DNA of 61,433 bases, filler included, from Choristocarpus tenellus KU-1152 (Eukaryota > Protista > Phaeophyceae), in NCBI GenBank assembly GCA_964200185.2. It is 9 parts of 9 records of this genome, joined end to end, with 100 filler letters (N's around TTAATTAATTAA, not from the genome) between each part and the next. Parts side by side here need not be neighbours in the genome. Positions count along the whole stretch, not along the records: positions 22,617 to 39,555 come from CAXNAD020000741.1; 8 more parts are not named here. One strand, 5' to 3'. Made by a program: the position numbers and the translations under genes. Below the pieces are notes generated by a model. The model saw only the letters and a list, made by a program, of their open reading frames with translations, searched no databases and was not told the DNA's origin. Positions 24,711 through 36,520 of this stretch are shown here, piece by piece (positions within the stretch are counted from its first letter, which is position 1; every line of letters starts with the position of its first letter).

Positions 24711-25175
24711 ACCCCAACCCGGACAATCTTGCTATCAATAACAATGTAAAATCATTACAAGGACTTGCTCAGGAACCAATCTACCATCTTCTAGATTTCT
24801 CTTCTCTCACACAGATAATCACATCACTCTCTCCTCTGTGAAGAATTCTCCCAGTACTCTGGAACACACCCTACTGACACTTCACCTCGTTGCCCATCTC
24901 CACATACCACTCTACAATTTCTACCTCTTCTCCCTCACACGATAACCCGCCCCCTTTTGTCCTACCAACCAACCTCCAAACACAGGTCAACCACGTCCTC
25001 ACCCGGCCACCTTTCCCCCCCAACAAGGAGCATGCCTATACCAATTGCCACTGGTCACCCATACCTGGATAGTGGTAGCTGCGTCCTCTCTTTGCTGGGT
25101 AAGTTGAGCTTCATGCCTGCACAAGAGAAGAGGCAGTGGGATGTATGTTGGATATTGCCACTATATGCTGGAGTA
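24711..25175 (+). repeat. Near-identical direct repeat, copy 2
   Basis: Matches 22617-23081, offset 2094 bp. Confidence 0.95.
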
Positions 25176-25599
25176 CGTACTGGCACAACTCAGATAGAGC
25201 TGTGTTGACAACATTTCTGCCACAATTGAAACTTCTGCTCCATCACGAACTACACAGGCAAACGTGGTGATGGAAAAAACGCATGGGAACGTCCTAAAAT
25301 CAGGATCTGCTGTGCCGCCACAGAGCAAGGCATATAGAACTGGTCTTTTTGCCCAACCCTTGAACACGTACGATGCCTAAAATGTGCAACGAGATGACAA
25401 ACATTGATAAACCCCTATCAAGAGCTCTGTCTATTGCAGTAGCAGATTTCTTAAGTTGGCAAATAGCTCGTAGCATGATCAAGACATCTTTCCTTCCACA
25501 TATCAACACTCATACCTACATGTAGTGATAGGCAGGAATTGGCAGGCGCCAAGGCAATTGGACATATCTCTGCTCAGGAGCGAGTACAAACCAATACAT

Positions 25600-25852
25600 G
25601 AGCCAAAGTATCTTAGAGGGTAGAGCCACGTCTATTTGGGGACCAAAATCCAATGTTGCGATTTTGTCTTGTCTATCGTGTTCGTTAGGAAGTGCCTATA
25701 TCCTTGTTCCAGACACGCCTTTTCATAACGTATACAATTGGCCTACTCCAAAATATTTTGGAGTAAGAAAACGTCATAAAAAAACCCGAGGGAAGGCAAT
25801 CCACAAATGGACAAACAGATCAAAACTCGTACCCTCTAACATACTTTCACTC
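25600..25852. mobile_element. MITE subfamily C, full-length (about 253 bp)
   Basis: GAGCCAAAGTATCTTAGAGGGTA ... TACCCTCTAACATACTTTCACTC imperfect TIRs; TSD not clear. Confidence 0.8.
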
Positions 25853-26882
25853 ATATCCCTGTGGTGAATCCAAACCTTCCTCCATCAGGGTATAGTAGCA
25901 AATTCTGAGTACTACCTAGAATTTGAGTGTTCAAATGTCTTTGTTCGCTGTCACACATACTGTTGGGCATACAGTATGCACTTGAGCAAAAATTGAAATA
26001 TGCTCAAAGCAGATACGAACACGCTTGTCTAGTTGCTTGACGCTTGATGAAAATGAGGTTAACATGGCATTCATGGGCATTTTTACTACAATAGGCGAAG
26101 CTGACTCTCCGAAAGAATCACCCTGTCCCGCAACTCCTTGCACTCTACAAATGATCACCTCAGGGGGAGAGCAAGCATCTCACTGACTCTGTGCAGCTAG
26201 AATTCCCTAAATTTGTGCTGGTCACACACATCCTTCTTGAGGATTGAAGGATGGTGACTCCCAAAAGTGTGACAACAATGCCGTNNNNNNNNNNCCCGCC
26301 TTCCACCCAGGTCGGCCACGCATCTTTGAGATGTTTCGAGCAATTCTCCCACAGAAGAGCGACGCATCTTTACGGTATTCTATTTCCACCTGAACATGAT
26401 CAAGACCATACCTTTTAGTGCCCAATAGTTTGTTGCGTAAAATGTATCGTGTGTGCTGTGTTGTAGGGGGATACAAACCATAAGGTTGGTAGCTAGGACA
26501 TGCTACCACTGACCAATACCCCTTTCGAAATATTTCCTCAGGTCCTGCTACATGCTGTGCTAGTTCACAGGGGACCATATCGCTCTTACTTGTCAAGAAC
26601 AAAGACCTTCAGAAACCATTCACTGTGTCGGAAAACATTTGGGCGAGGTTGTGAGCAACCGCAATGTCAAAGGCTTGTTATGTATGTGCCAGATACGATT
26701 CATGAAGGAGACATGAGGAATGGCCGCCTCTTTGACAAGCACTATTGCCTAAGCTTTCACACGGCCGTCCCAACATCCTACTGCCATTCGCCCATTCACA
26801 TGTCCACTTGCAAGCTTGCCAATTCCATATCCCGCATTGTTCAACAAATGTATGAGCAGCAGAACACAAGTGTTGGACTCAC

Positions 26883-27004
26883 CGTCTCAGGGCCAGCTTG
26901 TGTCTTGCCCACACTCGCAGAAAAAAGGTTGCAGCCCTCGCAGCATGTAGATGCTGCCGGCGGGCTGCTAGTTCCCTCCTCGCTGCAGCCACCCTCATCA
27001 CCCT
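26883..27004 (-). CDS. IQ-motif protein, exon
   Basis: gatcag|AGG GTG ATG: RVMRVAAARR..AATFFLRVWARHKLALR; donor CG|GTGAGT; completes IIQ-RVMR with the exon at 27699-27765. Confidence 0.72.
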
Positions 27005-27698
27005 CTGATCGAGATTGACAATAATGTAGAGGGTGGGGTAGAGGCAATGGGACAGGATTAGGAGGTCTCCATGCAGTTTGGGGGCTAGTATGATGACAGA
27101 GGTCGGACCTTGATGGACATCAAAGCTGGGGTGTGGGGTTGAAGGCTGGTACTTGGAGGTTAGGGTAGTGTTGAGCACTGGGAAGCAATTTGAGTGGAGG
27201 AGTAACTTGAGAAGGAGAAGGGTTGTGTCTTGGGATGTCTCCCTTCCCATGAGGTTATTCCAAGCTTTCAACACAGGGTACATAGTCAGTGCTCCCCAGT
27301 TTACCACCCTACTGCACCATGATACATTACCCCAGGTTGCTGTCAGTGCACAAAGATGTGCACCGACAGTAGCCACAAAGCCCCAATAGATGCACATACG
27401 TTTGATTAACACAACAAAAAGTAGTGAAATGTTTGTGTTGCTCTCATGCTCCAAAATATCTCACCGTCCGTAACCTTCCCCTTCTACTCTAATGCTCTTC
27501 CCCCCTTCATACACACGCGAGACAATAGTGCATCAAAGGAAGTTTTCTACATGTACCCTAAACAACATTGCTCTAGCTTTTAAGTTGCAAATCTCACACA
27601 TCATCAACTTCCACACCCACAGCGATTACCAACCAGCAATAACATGTGCAGAGGGCCTCCTGTACCCCACCAACCACCTCAGTTATATATTTCAGTAC

Positions 27699-27765
27699 CT
27701 GTATGATCAGAGCTGCTCTCTTGCGCATGCGCTTCTTCCGTGATTTGTACAGAAACAGTTCATAC
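27699..27765 (-). CDS. IQ-motif protein, small exon (absent from the ORF track)
   Basis: ttgccag|G TAT GAA: YELFLYKSRKKRMRKRAALIIQ|gtactg; bridges the phases of the two flanking exons exactly. Confidence 0.72.
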
Positions 27766-27868
27766 CTGGCAAGACAGATGGAAGGGGCTGAGTAGTGTTA
27801 AGGTTCATTTAACGCTTTCCTGTATGACTGAACAACTCAGACTTCAATTTCAGAGAGAGTGGTGGCTG

Positions 27869-28016
27869 TCGATTTGGGTCCAATTTTTTTATGTCGTGAT
27901 TTTTGGGTTATTTGATTCCACATATCGGATGGGTAATGAAAGTGCACTTTTCCTGGTAATGTCCCAAATGGATACCCTGGTGTAACCCCCCCCTCCCCCC
28001 CCAGATACTTGGGGTC
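27869..28016. mobile_element. MITE subfamily D, left-truncated copy
   Basis: Interior and right TIR match 14442-14624. Confidence 0.8.
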
Positions 28017-28138
28017 ATTGGTATATTGGGTTTTTTTTCTGTCCAGCTCTACAGTACTGTAAGTATATTTGGGTAGAGGCCAAGTCAAGAAGTGAATGGC
28101 CCATCATATCCGCCAACAGGCTGTGCAAGATCTGCACT

Positions 28139-28400
28139 GAATCAAAGTAGACGAGAGGTAACCAGAGTTGCACGTTAAGGATGCTGACAAATAGGTGCAA
28201 TATTGAACTCCTAAAAAAATGTGTATAGGATATTTATTAGCTGAATTGTGTCAAATAGTTTTGAACATTAAAGAAATAAGCCCCCTCAAGTAAAGCTTAG
28301 AACTTGATCAATACAAATATGGGTGAATTGCAAAAGATTAGAAAACAGACTTAAAATGAAAAATGACCAAAACCTGGGTACCTCTCCTCTACCTTGGCTC
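28139..28400. mobile_element. MITE subfamily A (about 262 bp), TSD ACT
   Basis: act|GAATCAAAGTAGACGAGAGGTA ... TACCTCTCCTCTACCTTGGCTC|act. Confidence 0.88.
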
Positions 28401-28523
28401 ACTCATCACCCCCAACCCTAACTCCACCTATACCCGTCTCCATTCTAATGCTACAGTGGATCGTGGAAGTCAATACATGGCACCTCATGGGTTATAGCAT
28501 AGAATGGGTACATTATAACAAAC

Positions 28524-28691
28524 CTCCGGATGGTAAGAAATATTCTGTAATAACGCTGGAGCGTTGAAGCTGCCAACAGCAACCGATGCTTCTTCCTTTG
28601 GGTCCAGCCTCGGACAAGAGACTGGATTCTTGTTGCAGCTAGGCCCTTTCTTACACCGAGGCGAATGACCTCCGCCACAGCATCAATCTCA
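28524..28691 (-). CDS. IQ-motif protein, exon
   Basis: cacag|T GAG: AATRIQSLVRGWTQRKKH (canonical IQxxxRGxxxR), AASTLQRYYRIFLTIRR; donor AG|GTTTGT. Confidence 0.78.
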
Positions 28692-29449
28692 CTGTGTGAG
28701 GGTTGCAATATTGGAGGGCAGTGATGTTGCTTGTGTCATAAACCTTGCAAAACATATCATGTCAGCAATTGGTTCTTATCTTAACCCATTGTTTCTTGCT
28801 AGGGACAGAGATCATGAGGGTGCGTGCAGCAACAAGAGTGGGTCCCTTCTATATTGGAGGAGGGAACCGTCCCCACTGATTGTCTGGCAGTAAGGGATAC
28901 ATGGTAAAAAAAATCACGGGAGCATTTAAAGTATCGTGAGAGTTTGAGCAGGTTTATCGAATATGACTGGAAAGAAGGAGAGCTAAGGTATGGTTCCGAA
29001 CAATGAACTACAAAATCATGAACCAAATAATTCAAAGATCTATACAAAACACTCACTGAACGTAAATATACTTACAATGCAAAATGGCAGCAAGTAAACG
29101 TATGAAATTACGTTTAAACCAAACCAGTTGAACACAAATCAACCTCCTCATTGGTAGTGCTGCTAAGTCCTCACCTGGATTGATGAGAAGAGCCAATATG
29201 CCTCTTGATGGAGAACACTCCAAGGACATGGGGGTTGAAGTTTCTTCGCATATGTTTTCGTGCTAAGGCAAGTACAGGGCAGGGGATTTTTGGAACAAGG
29301 GATGTATAGTGATTGGTGTAGTTTCAATGCAGTAAGATGTGTCACTCGAACAAGTAGTGCCTGGAGGGACAAGTGCCTGAGGGAAAGGTAATGAAAAAAT
29401 CTCCAAGCTATTTCCTCATCCCCGAGTCATTTTCCTAATGAAGCATTAG

Positions 29450-30600
29450 TCTCGAAAACTTTCACTTGCTGCAAGAAGTTATGATTCCCATCTCATTTGC
29501 CTCTGTCTATGTTGCCCTGAGTTGCAATGATTTCCACCTGATGATCACGGGATTGAACGCTCCTCATTGTTTATGCCATAGTAGTAGTCTCTTTCCTTGA
29601 ATATTCTACTCCAGAACACGAACATATCAGTAACGTGGGCATATTCTCACTATTTAGGGAAACGGTGCTTCCAAAAGTGTCGAGAATATGTGCTGCGATT
29701 GAGGTGCAGGTGCATAGGCACATCATTTCTACAAAGTACAGTATTTCTCCAGGAAATGGTTTCTTGACTAGAGGTAGGGAGAAGGGCAATACAGAGTTTT
29801 GTTTCGAGCACCCTGGAGTAGAGTGCAATAGAGGTATTGCAGTTTGCTTCGATCTCATTCCCATTCCCTGGACTGATTGAAATGGATTATTGATTTCAAG
29901 ATGGAATACTTCTGGGACGGAATCGTGGAGGAAAGGAGAATCAAATATTCTTGAACGACCTATTCTGGAACTCCAACGACAATGAAAAAGGATTGCTGAC
30001 TGGATCCGTAAGGGCAGGAAGCAGGTGCCATGTATCAGCACTGGGGCCGTGGCTATGATAACCCCCGTCCCCTTAAACACTTGCCCCCAAAAATTGAATC
30101 CACCGAGGAGAATCGAAAGATCGAGGCGAGGTTCAAGGTGCCCATTGTCTCGATTGAGCTTAGCACGAAAAAAAGTGAGTGCTATCGACACCCAGCTCGA
30201 CAATCACTTTATTCCAGATCAGTAGCACAGTACGCTACTGATAGCTGACTCCAAGCATTCTGTTTGAGTTCAGCATCATCCATGACAACAAAGAAAAGTG
30301 CTGCTGAAAGCTAGAACTCCTCGATCCACATACCCGAATCGATTCGACAAGGGACAGGTGCGGGACTTAGGGAGGCACCCAACCACTGCCACTGATCCAG
30401 TCCTACCAATCCCACCGGTCCATATCAAGATCGGCACCAGGTAGACAGTTAACTGCGGTGCGGGTTAGGGAGGTATCCAAAGAAATCCAGCATTGACCTT
30501 AGCTTACCTTCCAGGACAGCTCTATGTGACGATGTATTGCTGAGATACATGCCTTGAGCGTCTCCAGGCATCGAACATTTACCTAGCACGCTGCCACCGA
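29450..30600 (-). mobile_element. DIRS/Ngaro-like (tyrosine-recombinase retrotransposon) RT-RNase H relic
   Basis: SILLGGFNFWGQV resembles SLLGxLNF; VEMMCL..AAH..GSTVSLNSENMPTL..SG..SRK..TM resembles the DIRS/Ngaro RNase H E...DN region; degenerate, boundaries approximate. Confidence 0.45.
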
Positions 30601-31229
30601 CTCTTAGTGCTCGGAAGGGCTAGGGAGAAGGGAGCGCCGCCGAGTTGAGAATCCACCTTTCTCCCTATTGGTGCTTTTGACTTACGTATGTAGTTCATCC
30701 TGGTGAGACCAAATTCATGAAACGCTTTCGCGTTCAGGCTTTTTGCCGTTTCTGTGGAATAGGTATTTCGCCGATTCTTCCGGGTCCAGGAAACACGCCT
30801 TACATATTTGGATCGTGATTGCCACGGCTCTCCGTTTGGCTCACTTGCCGGCTGACCTCCGACATACTCGTTAGAGGGCACCCAAGGGCTTGTAGTTACA
30901 GCATATAGCCGAGCTTGAATTGCTTCGAGTGTAGAGGATACGAGTTTCATCGCAGCCAAGGCGTTGTCCGAGGTGCTTAAGGAGGTGAGAGCCAGCCATT
31001 GTACATCGGATTCCATCGAGCTGGAGTTTGGAGGGCGATGGTTTATTGAAGGCGTGATTTAGTGCATCTCGAAGCACCTTAGGCATGCAAGAAATATTTT
31101 TTACCTTAGTGTGTGGTGTGGGTGCGATTGTGGTCTGTGCTCGTCGAGTGTCGTACCCGAAAGAAACCAAACCAATCCGAATGTTTTTTAAGCTCCTCTG
31201 CTAGCGCACGACGCTGCGTCACCTGTAAA

Positions 31230-31900
31230 AAAAATACTGATGGAGCGTACAATAGGATATGGGTATGACAACGGGGCTTGCAAAGGCCTCAAAGAGTACA
31301 CCGCCCACGTCTACTGTTCTAGAGCTCTAGGAAGGTTGACAGTGATGCATGAGATTGGTGTACGAAATGGATGAGAAAGGATGACCACCACGACCAAACT
31401 ACAGCACAGTATGTACACATTCGGCTAGAAAGGAGAGAAATACGACATCAAGTCGCGGACAGGTGATCCGTACTAAATACCTTCAAAGTCCCCTGTAGTG
31501 CTCCTTTCGTGAATGGTGGATGCCAGGTGGTGGGGGAACGGTTTGGGTCCGTTGAGGAGATGGTGAAAGTCAGTAAGAAACAGTATGAGGAGTATGATGA
31601 GACCACACTTGAGAGGGCTTGGCCGCTCCTTTTTGTGGTGTACAATCAAGTACTTAGATACAAAGGGGGGAGCGACTTCAGTGTGGAGCACACAGGGGTA
31701 AGGAAGAGGCAGTTGTCTGGTGAGCTTGAAAACACGACAAATGTAGGTTTTTCTGTGGCTGATAAAATTGTGATGGATGGGGAGGAATACCCTAACCAGA
31801 AATTCGTCGAGGATTCCAAATCTTCTTTCAGAAATGAATTTCATCAACATCTTCAAAAGTTATGGACAACGCGGCACAGACGTTTGGCACGGAGGTAGTA
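31230..31900 (+). mobile_element. Mariner (DD39D-type) transposase relic, C-terminal part
   Basis: SVEEMVK..YEEYDETTLERAWPLLFVVYNQVLRYKGGSDFSVEHTGVRKRQ matches the GGNxY/FxxxH C-terminal region of this clade. Confidence 0.65.
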
Positions 31901-33742
31901 GTAGTTAAGTACTACGAGAAAGCATGAGAAATGGATGAGTCCCTCTGACCGTGGGTCAGGATAATGCCCTTGTTTTTTTCAACTCCATTCAGAACAATAG
32001 TAACGATGCGTAAATTTGCATGTAAAATACACTACAAATTGTGACGATGTGTACAAAAGCCAAAATGAGATCATTTCACAGGACGAATCGGAGTAGGGGT
32101 TGGTCACCATTGGGTTACTCGTGAAGACTAGGTCCTGTTGGACACGTCAGTCAATGCCGGCAATCCGTCAAACTCAGCCCTAGCGAGACTCAAAGCAGAG
32201 AGCCTTTGACATACACTAGTTGATACTATCTGAAAGGCGAACACGCCACTTTCTACAGCGTATTCACACCTAAGTGTCTGCAAGACGACTTCATCCCTCA
32301 ATGATTTAGGTAATTTGGTTTTTGGTGAGCGTACGCACTTACTTATCAGTTTTGCTAACGTACAACAGCAAAATCTTCGGAAAGGCAAGAGAGCCGACTG
32401 CATGCCTTGTCCCTTGACTCATTTCCATCGAACGTATTCCACCAGCTCTTCTTGCTCTTGAAGAATTCAAGTCAGGAGTGATTTCAGAGTCGACAAACAC
32501 GTTACAAAAAATTCTGTGTGACTTCTACTTGTCGACTTCTACTCGTTGTATGATTGTTCACATTGCCGTTCACAACGTCCCTATCTCTCTTCAACAATTA
32601 ATTGGGAGTACAAAAAAATACGTTTCTTGCTCGGAGTCTTTCACATTGTGCACGGTCTCACAGATAATATGCTGATCTTACGCATACCACACCACAGCAG
32701 TGTTTGCTTACGGAGAGTTAAGAGGTTCAGGGAAGATTAAACACATACATATTAATTCTGTAAGTTCTGTCTTATTGTGGCCTTACGCATATAAAACTTG
32801 TCATGTCTTTATTTCAGAAAAGTATAATATATTTTTATTTTAAAATATTTTTTTTTTGGATTTCACAACAATATCAATATATTATAATATATTATGATAT
32901 ATTAATATTACAGATGTATAAAATAAGAATTATTCTTAAATTTTAGATATATAACAATATATTACATATATATTACATCAGTTCTTAATAATTTAGAACT
33001 TACAAAAATAAATATTATTTCAGGTTATACTTTATGGTTGACGCTCAAGGAAGAAAAGTATGGTGGTATTGAGGCTCAAGTGGTCCTCACAAACACCAGA
33101 ACTTTGCCCTTATCGTTTTGTGCGCTTTTTATCGTCCCTTCTAGACCGAAGTCGCGATTCCTATTGCGGCGATTGTGTCTTCCAGCCTAACAGCAGTATC
33201 CCATACCCACCAGCTATGGCACAACATCCCAAATCTGGTCGTGAAAAGCTATTAACCCAGCTAACTGGCATTGACAGTGCGATATTCATGAGTTTGATGC
33301 AACCGTGCATGTGCATTTCTCTCTTACACTTGTGCTTTAGGAAGCTGATTCACATCGACGCAAAAAATTCCTATAGGCATGAGTGGCTATGTTGTCAATG
33401 ATCATCACAACAGAAACAACCAATCTTTTAAAGTGTCCTCCTTGAAGGTTCCACATACACCTCCTTCCTCAACGGAAATCGCTATATACGTGAGGTGCTG
33501 GTGATTCAATAAGGAATTAATTTTTCTTGGGAGTGATGGGCTTGTTTTTTACCTCATTTTCGTGCGTTAGGTACAGGGAAGAGGGCACTGCATACTACCT
33601 ACTCCATTGCTATTGATAACACACTGCATTCATGAGCTCTTGGTGGGTTTCTTCTCCCCCCACCCACATTAGAATAACCCAGGGGTAAGAAGTCAGTGTG
33701 CATCCAAACTATTTCCATAATATATTTATAGTGTACCCCAGA

Positions 33743-34005
33743 GAGTCAAAGGAAGCGCAAGAGGTATCCAGAGTTGCATCTTAAGGATGCTGACAAATAT
33801 GCCGAAATTTGGCTTTTTTTTACAAATGCATGTGGCATCCTTGCTGGACTTTGACGAAAAGTCTCAAACAAAAGAGAAATCAATGCTATCAAGTCAAACT
33901 TAGCACTTCATCCATAGGAATATGAGTGAATTGCGTAAGATTGAAAAAACTGGCTTAAAATACCAAAACGGCCAATAGCTGGTTACCTCTCGCTTACTTT
34001 GACTC
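33743..34005. mobile_element. MITE subfamily A (about 263 bp), TSD AGA
   Basis: aga|GAGTCAAAGG ... TACCTCTCGCTTACTTTGACTC|aga; interior TAAGGATGCTGACAAATA shared with other A copies. Confidence 0.88.
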
Positions 34006-34554
34006 AGAGGAAATAACGAAATGACCGTAGAGTATTACTAGTGCAACGTTCTCTGAAATCAACCATTTAACGCATATATATACTCGGTCGTTTATCTCCA
34101 ACCATGGATGTATATCTTCGGATCCTGTCATTTATCAACAACATATCTATATGCTCGTGTTTCTTGACACGTACTATTTATTTTTTCCTCCTTAATATTT
34201 TCCGTCTTCCTTCGGGAACCTACAACCGAGCAGTGACCCTCTCTGACTATGTTAATATCCTCCGTGTCTATATACCACTGGGGTGTCAATTGGTCAATTG
34301 TAATCTACTACCCTTGCATATACTCACACACACCTAAATGCATATATTGGAAGACAAAGAAACTTTTTAATGGGATGCAAATTGCTTTGAAATCTACTTT
34401 CATTATTCTGTGACATACGTAACCGCCTCTACTTTTTTTTAGTAATAGTACTTGCATTGAGGGCGTATATGACGTCAGAGTACTAGCACTGACAGCATAT
34501 GTGATGTCAAAGTAGGTGTTATTTAGATTCTCATATATAAAGTTAGACTTTTGT

Positions 34555-34586
<32 letters not shown>

Positions 34587-34619
34587 CTTCAATTATGTCA
34601 TGGAGCAGCAATAGTACTG

Positions 34620-35160
34620 ATCCTACATTTACTCAAAGCATTTGTATTCTCCTTCTATCATCATAGAGCTACCTTGTCTCTGTTGATGCATTTCCGACAC
34701 AAATTTCGACAGGCCCAAGCAGTTCATCGCTGCTGGAGCAGTATTCAGTATTTTAATGTCTCTATCCATACATTCACTGTATGGCGTCATGCACACATCT
34801 GTGGCAAGCCACCTGGTACCTCTGTTACTACTTTTTGCGGGCCTAAGAGATATGGCATTCTCCAAATTGGCTGTGAAGTGGTTCAAGACCATGATGTAAG
34901 GGGTGTCAGGTTCAATTTCTCACGAACTAGAAGAGTTGCGGGGCTTCGGCAAGTAAGTCAGCATCATCATGGTGGCTGCCCTTGGCTTAGTGGTGCATCC
35001 TCTAGGTTGGTGTAGCAGTACTCCAGAGATTGAAGGACGGATGATCAAGGCGATTGCAATTGCTCCATAACTTGTACCACTTCAGCATACTTCAAAGTAT
35101 TCCAGAGAGCAATATGATAGACAACATTGATGGCGACTCACCAAAGAGATCGCTAACGGC
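34620..35160 (-). mobile_element. Possible hAT transposase relic
   Basis: GTRWLATDVCM resembles the hAT TRWxSxxxM motif; otherwise degenerate. Confidence 0.25.
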
Positions 35161-36094
35161 TTGACGTTGTGTTGTGTTTTTTGTTGCGTGGCGAACCCCT
35201 TACAAAGTAAGAGAAATAGTGTTGCAGCTTTCTTGTTGAGAACTTCAGTAAGGAGCTCATCCCAAGGAGCTCAGAACACATTTCTCGCAGGATGATATGG
35301 ACATTGTGTTAACTCAAAGCAATATATGCCTTGGTTTGTGTTTTTGTTGCCCATTAGGTACAATTTGAAGGAACACATATCATAACCATGACAGAGGTGA
35401 GATTCATTTGGAAAACTCCAGGTTGACCATAGGAACGTGAAAAAAGGGACGAGATACTACACCTTCCTTCAATTCCCTCAAATGATGATGAGGAGTTACA
35501 TGAGGTGTCAAAGAAGACTCTGCTATCGTGCACAAGACATGTTTTTATGGGTTTTTCCAATTGCCCTGGCCATGACAATGATATCATTTAATATTCTGAG
35601 GAGTCCGAGTTTGCAGCACAAAGGTCTCAAGTGGAAGAACATGCAGGGCACCTGTCAGGACCTTAGGACCAGTCGCCTTTGGCTTCTCTAAAGCAGCTCG
35701 TAGCATGGTTTGGATTCATGTAGAGTTGGAAGTGGTTAGCATCCTGGAGGCTAAGCAATCAACCATGAAATGCTAGGTGCAGCGGTGCAGCGGTGCAGCG
35801 GGCATGGTACATCATAGGAAGCACACAACCTGTGCTGAGAGGTTTCATCCCCAGACAGTGAGAAGCCAAGGGACTTCTCTATATCTTATTGCCCTAAGCA
35901 CAGGGGTGAGAGCTGTGCTACTGGTAGTCAGAGCGATGGTGCAAACCTTAGCGAGAAAGGAGGCTGCCTGCCTTCAACGGATTGTTATGCCTATATATCG
36001 GTGATGAGAAATGTGGATTAAATGATCCGCTTCAGTGATGTCAAGAAAGGTCTCCATCCAATCCACGAATCGAATCATTCTAGGTATTCTGCAG

Positions 36095-36520
36095 GTTCTT
36101 ACTGTGCGGCATTGGGTCTTAAGAAAAGAAACCCACAGACCACCCCATCTCGTACAGGGGAGCCCTCATGAGAGCTAGAAGTGAGTGTATTGACACCAGT
36201 ATCAGGAAGAGGAGGATGCTATTTGTAGGTTTCATGTCAAGGATGGATGATGATCGCTTACCCAAGAACCTTGTCCTCAGAGAACTCACAGCTGAGAAAC
36301 CAAAGGAGGAGAGGGAAGGTACATAAAAAATACTGGAGATGGTACCTCCAAGATCACCTTAAGGCTTTCAACATCGCAGCTTATCCGTGGGTTTCGTTCA
36401 TAGAAGGCTCCAACAGGTGGCACAGAAATGTGTGAAGGATGGGGCAAAAATCTCATGGACAGCTGGCATATTTCTGAAGTCAAAGCAGTCATAGCCCATC
36501 ATGCAAAATTGGTCTTGGCC
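36095..36520 (+). mobile_element. RTE-type LINE, 3' end of ORF2 (relic)
   Basis: KPTDHPISYRGALMRARSECIDTSIRKRRMLFVGFMSRMDDDRLPKNLVLREL, then WRWYLQDHLKAFNI; typical RTE-clade C-terminus. Confidence 0.8.

Noticed and set aside
6241-28691. A functional cluster (Ca2+ channel plus IQ protein plus Rab escort)
   Set aside because: The genes sit on different contigs joined artificially.
32100-33500. Transposase relic around the very AT-rich block at about 32800-33030
   Set aside because: Only vague similarity; not supportable without a search.
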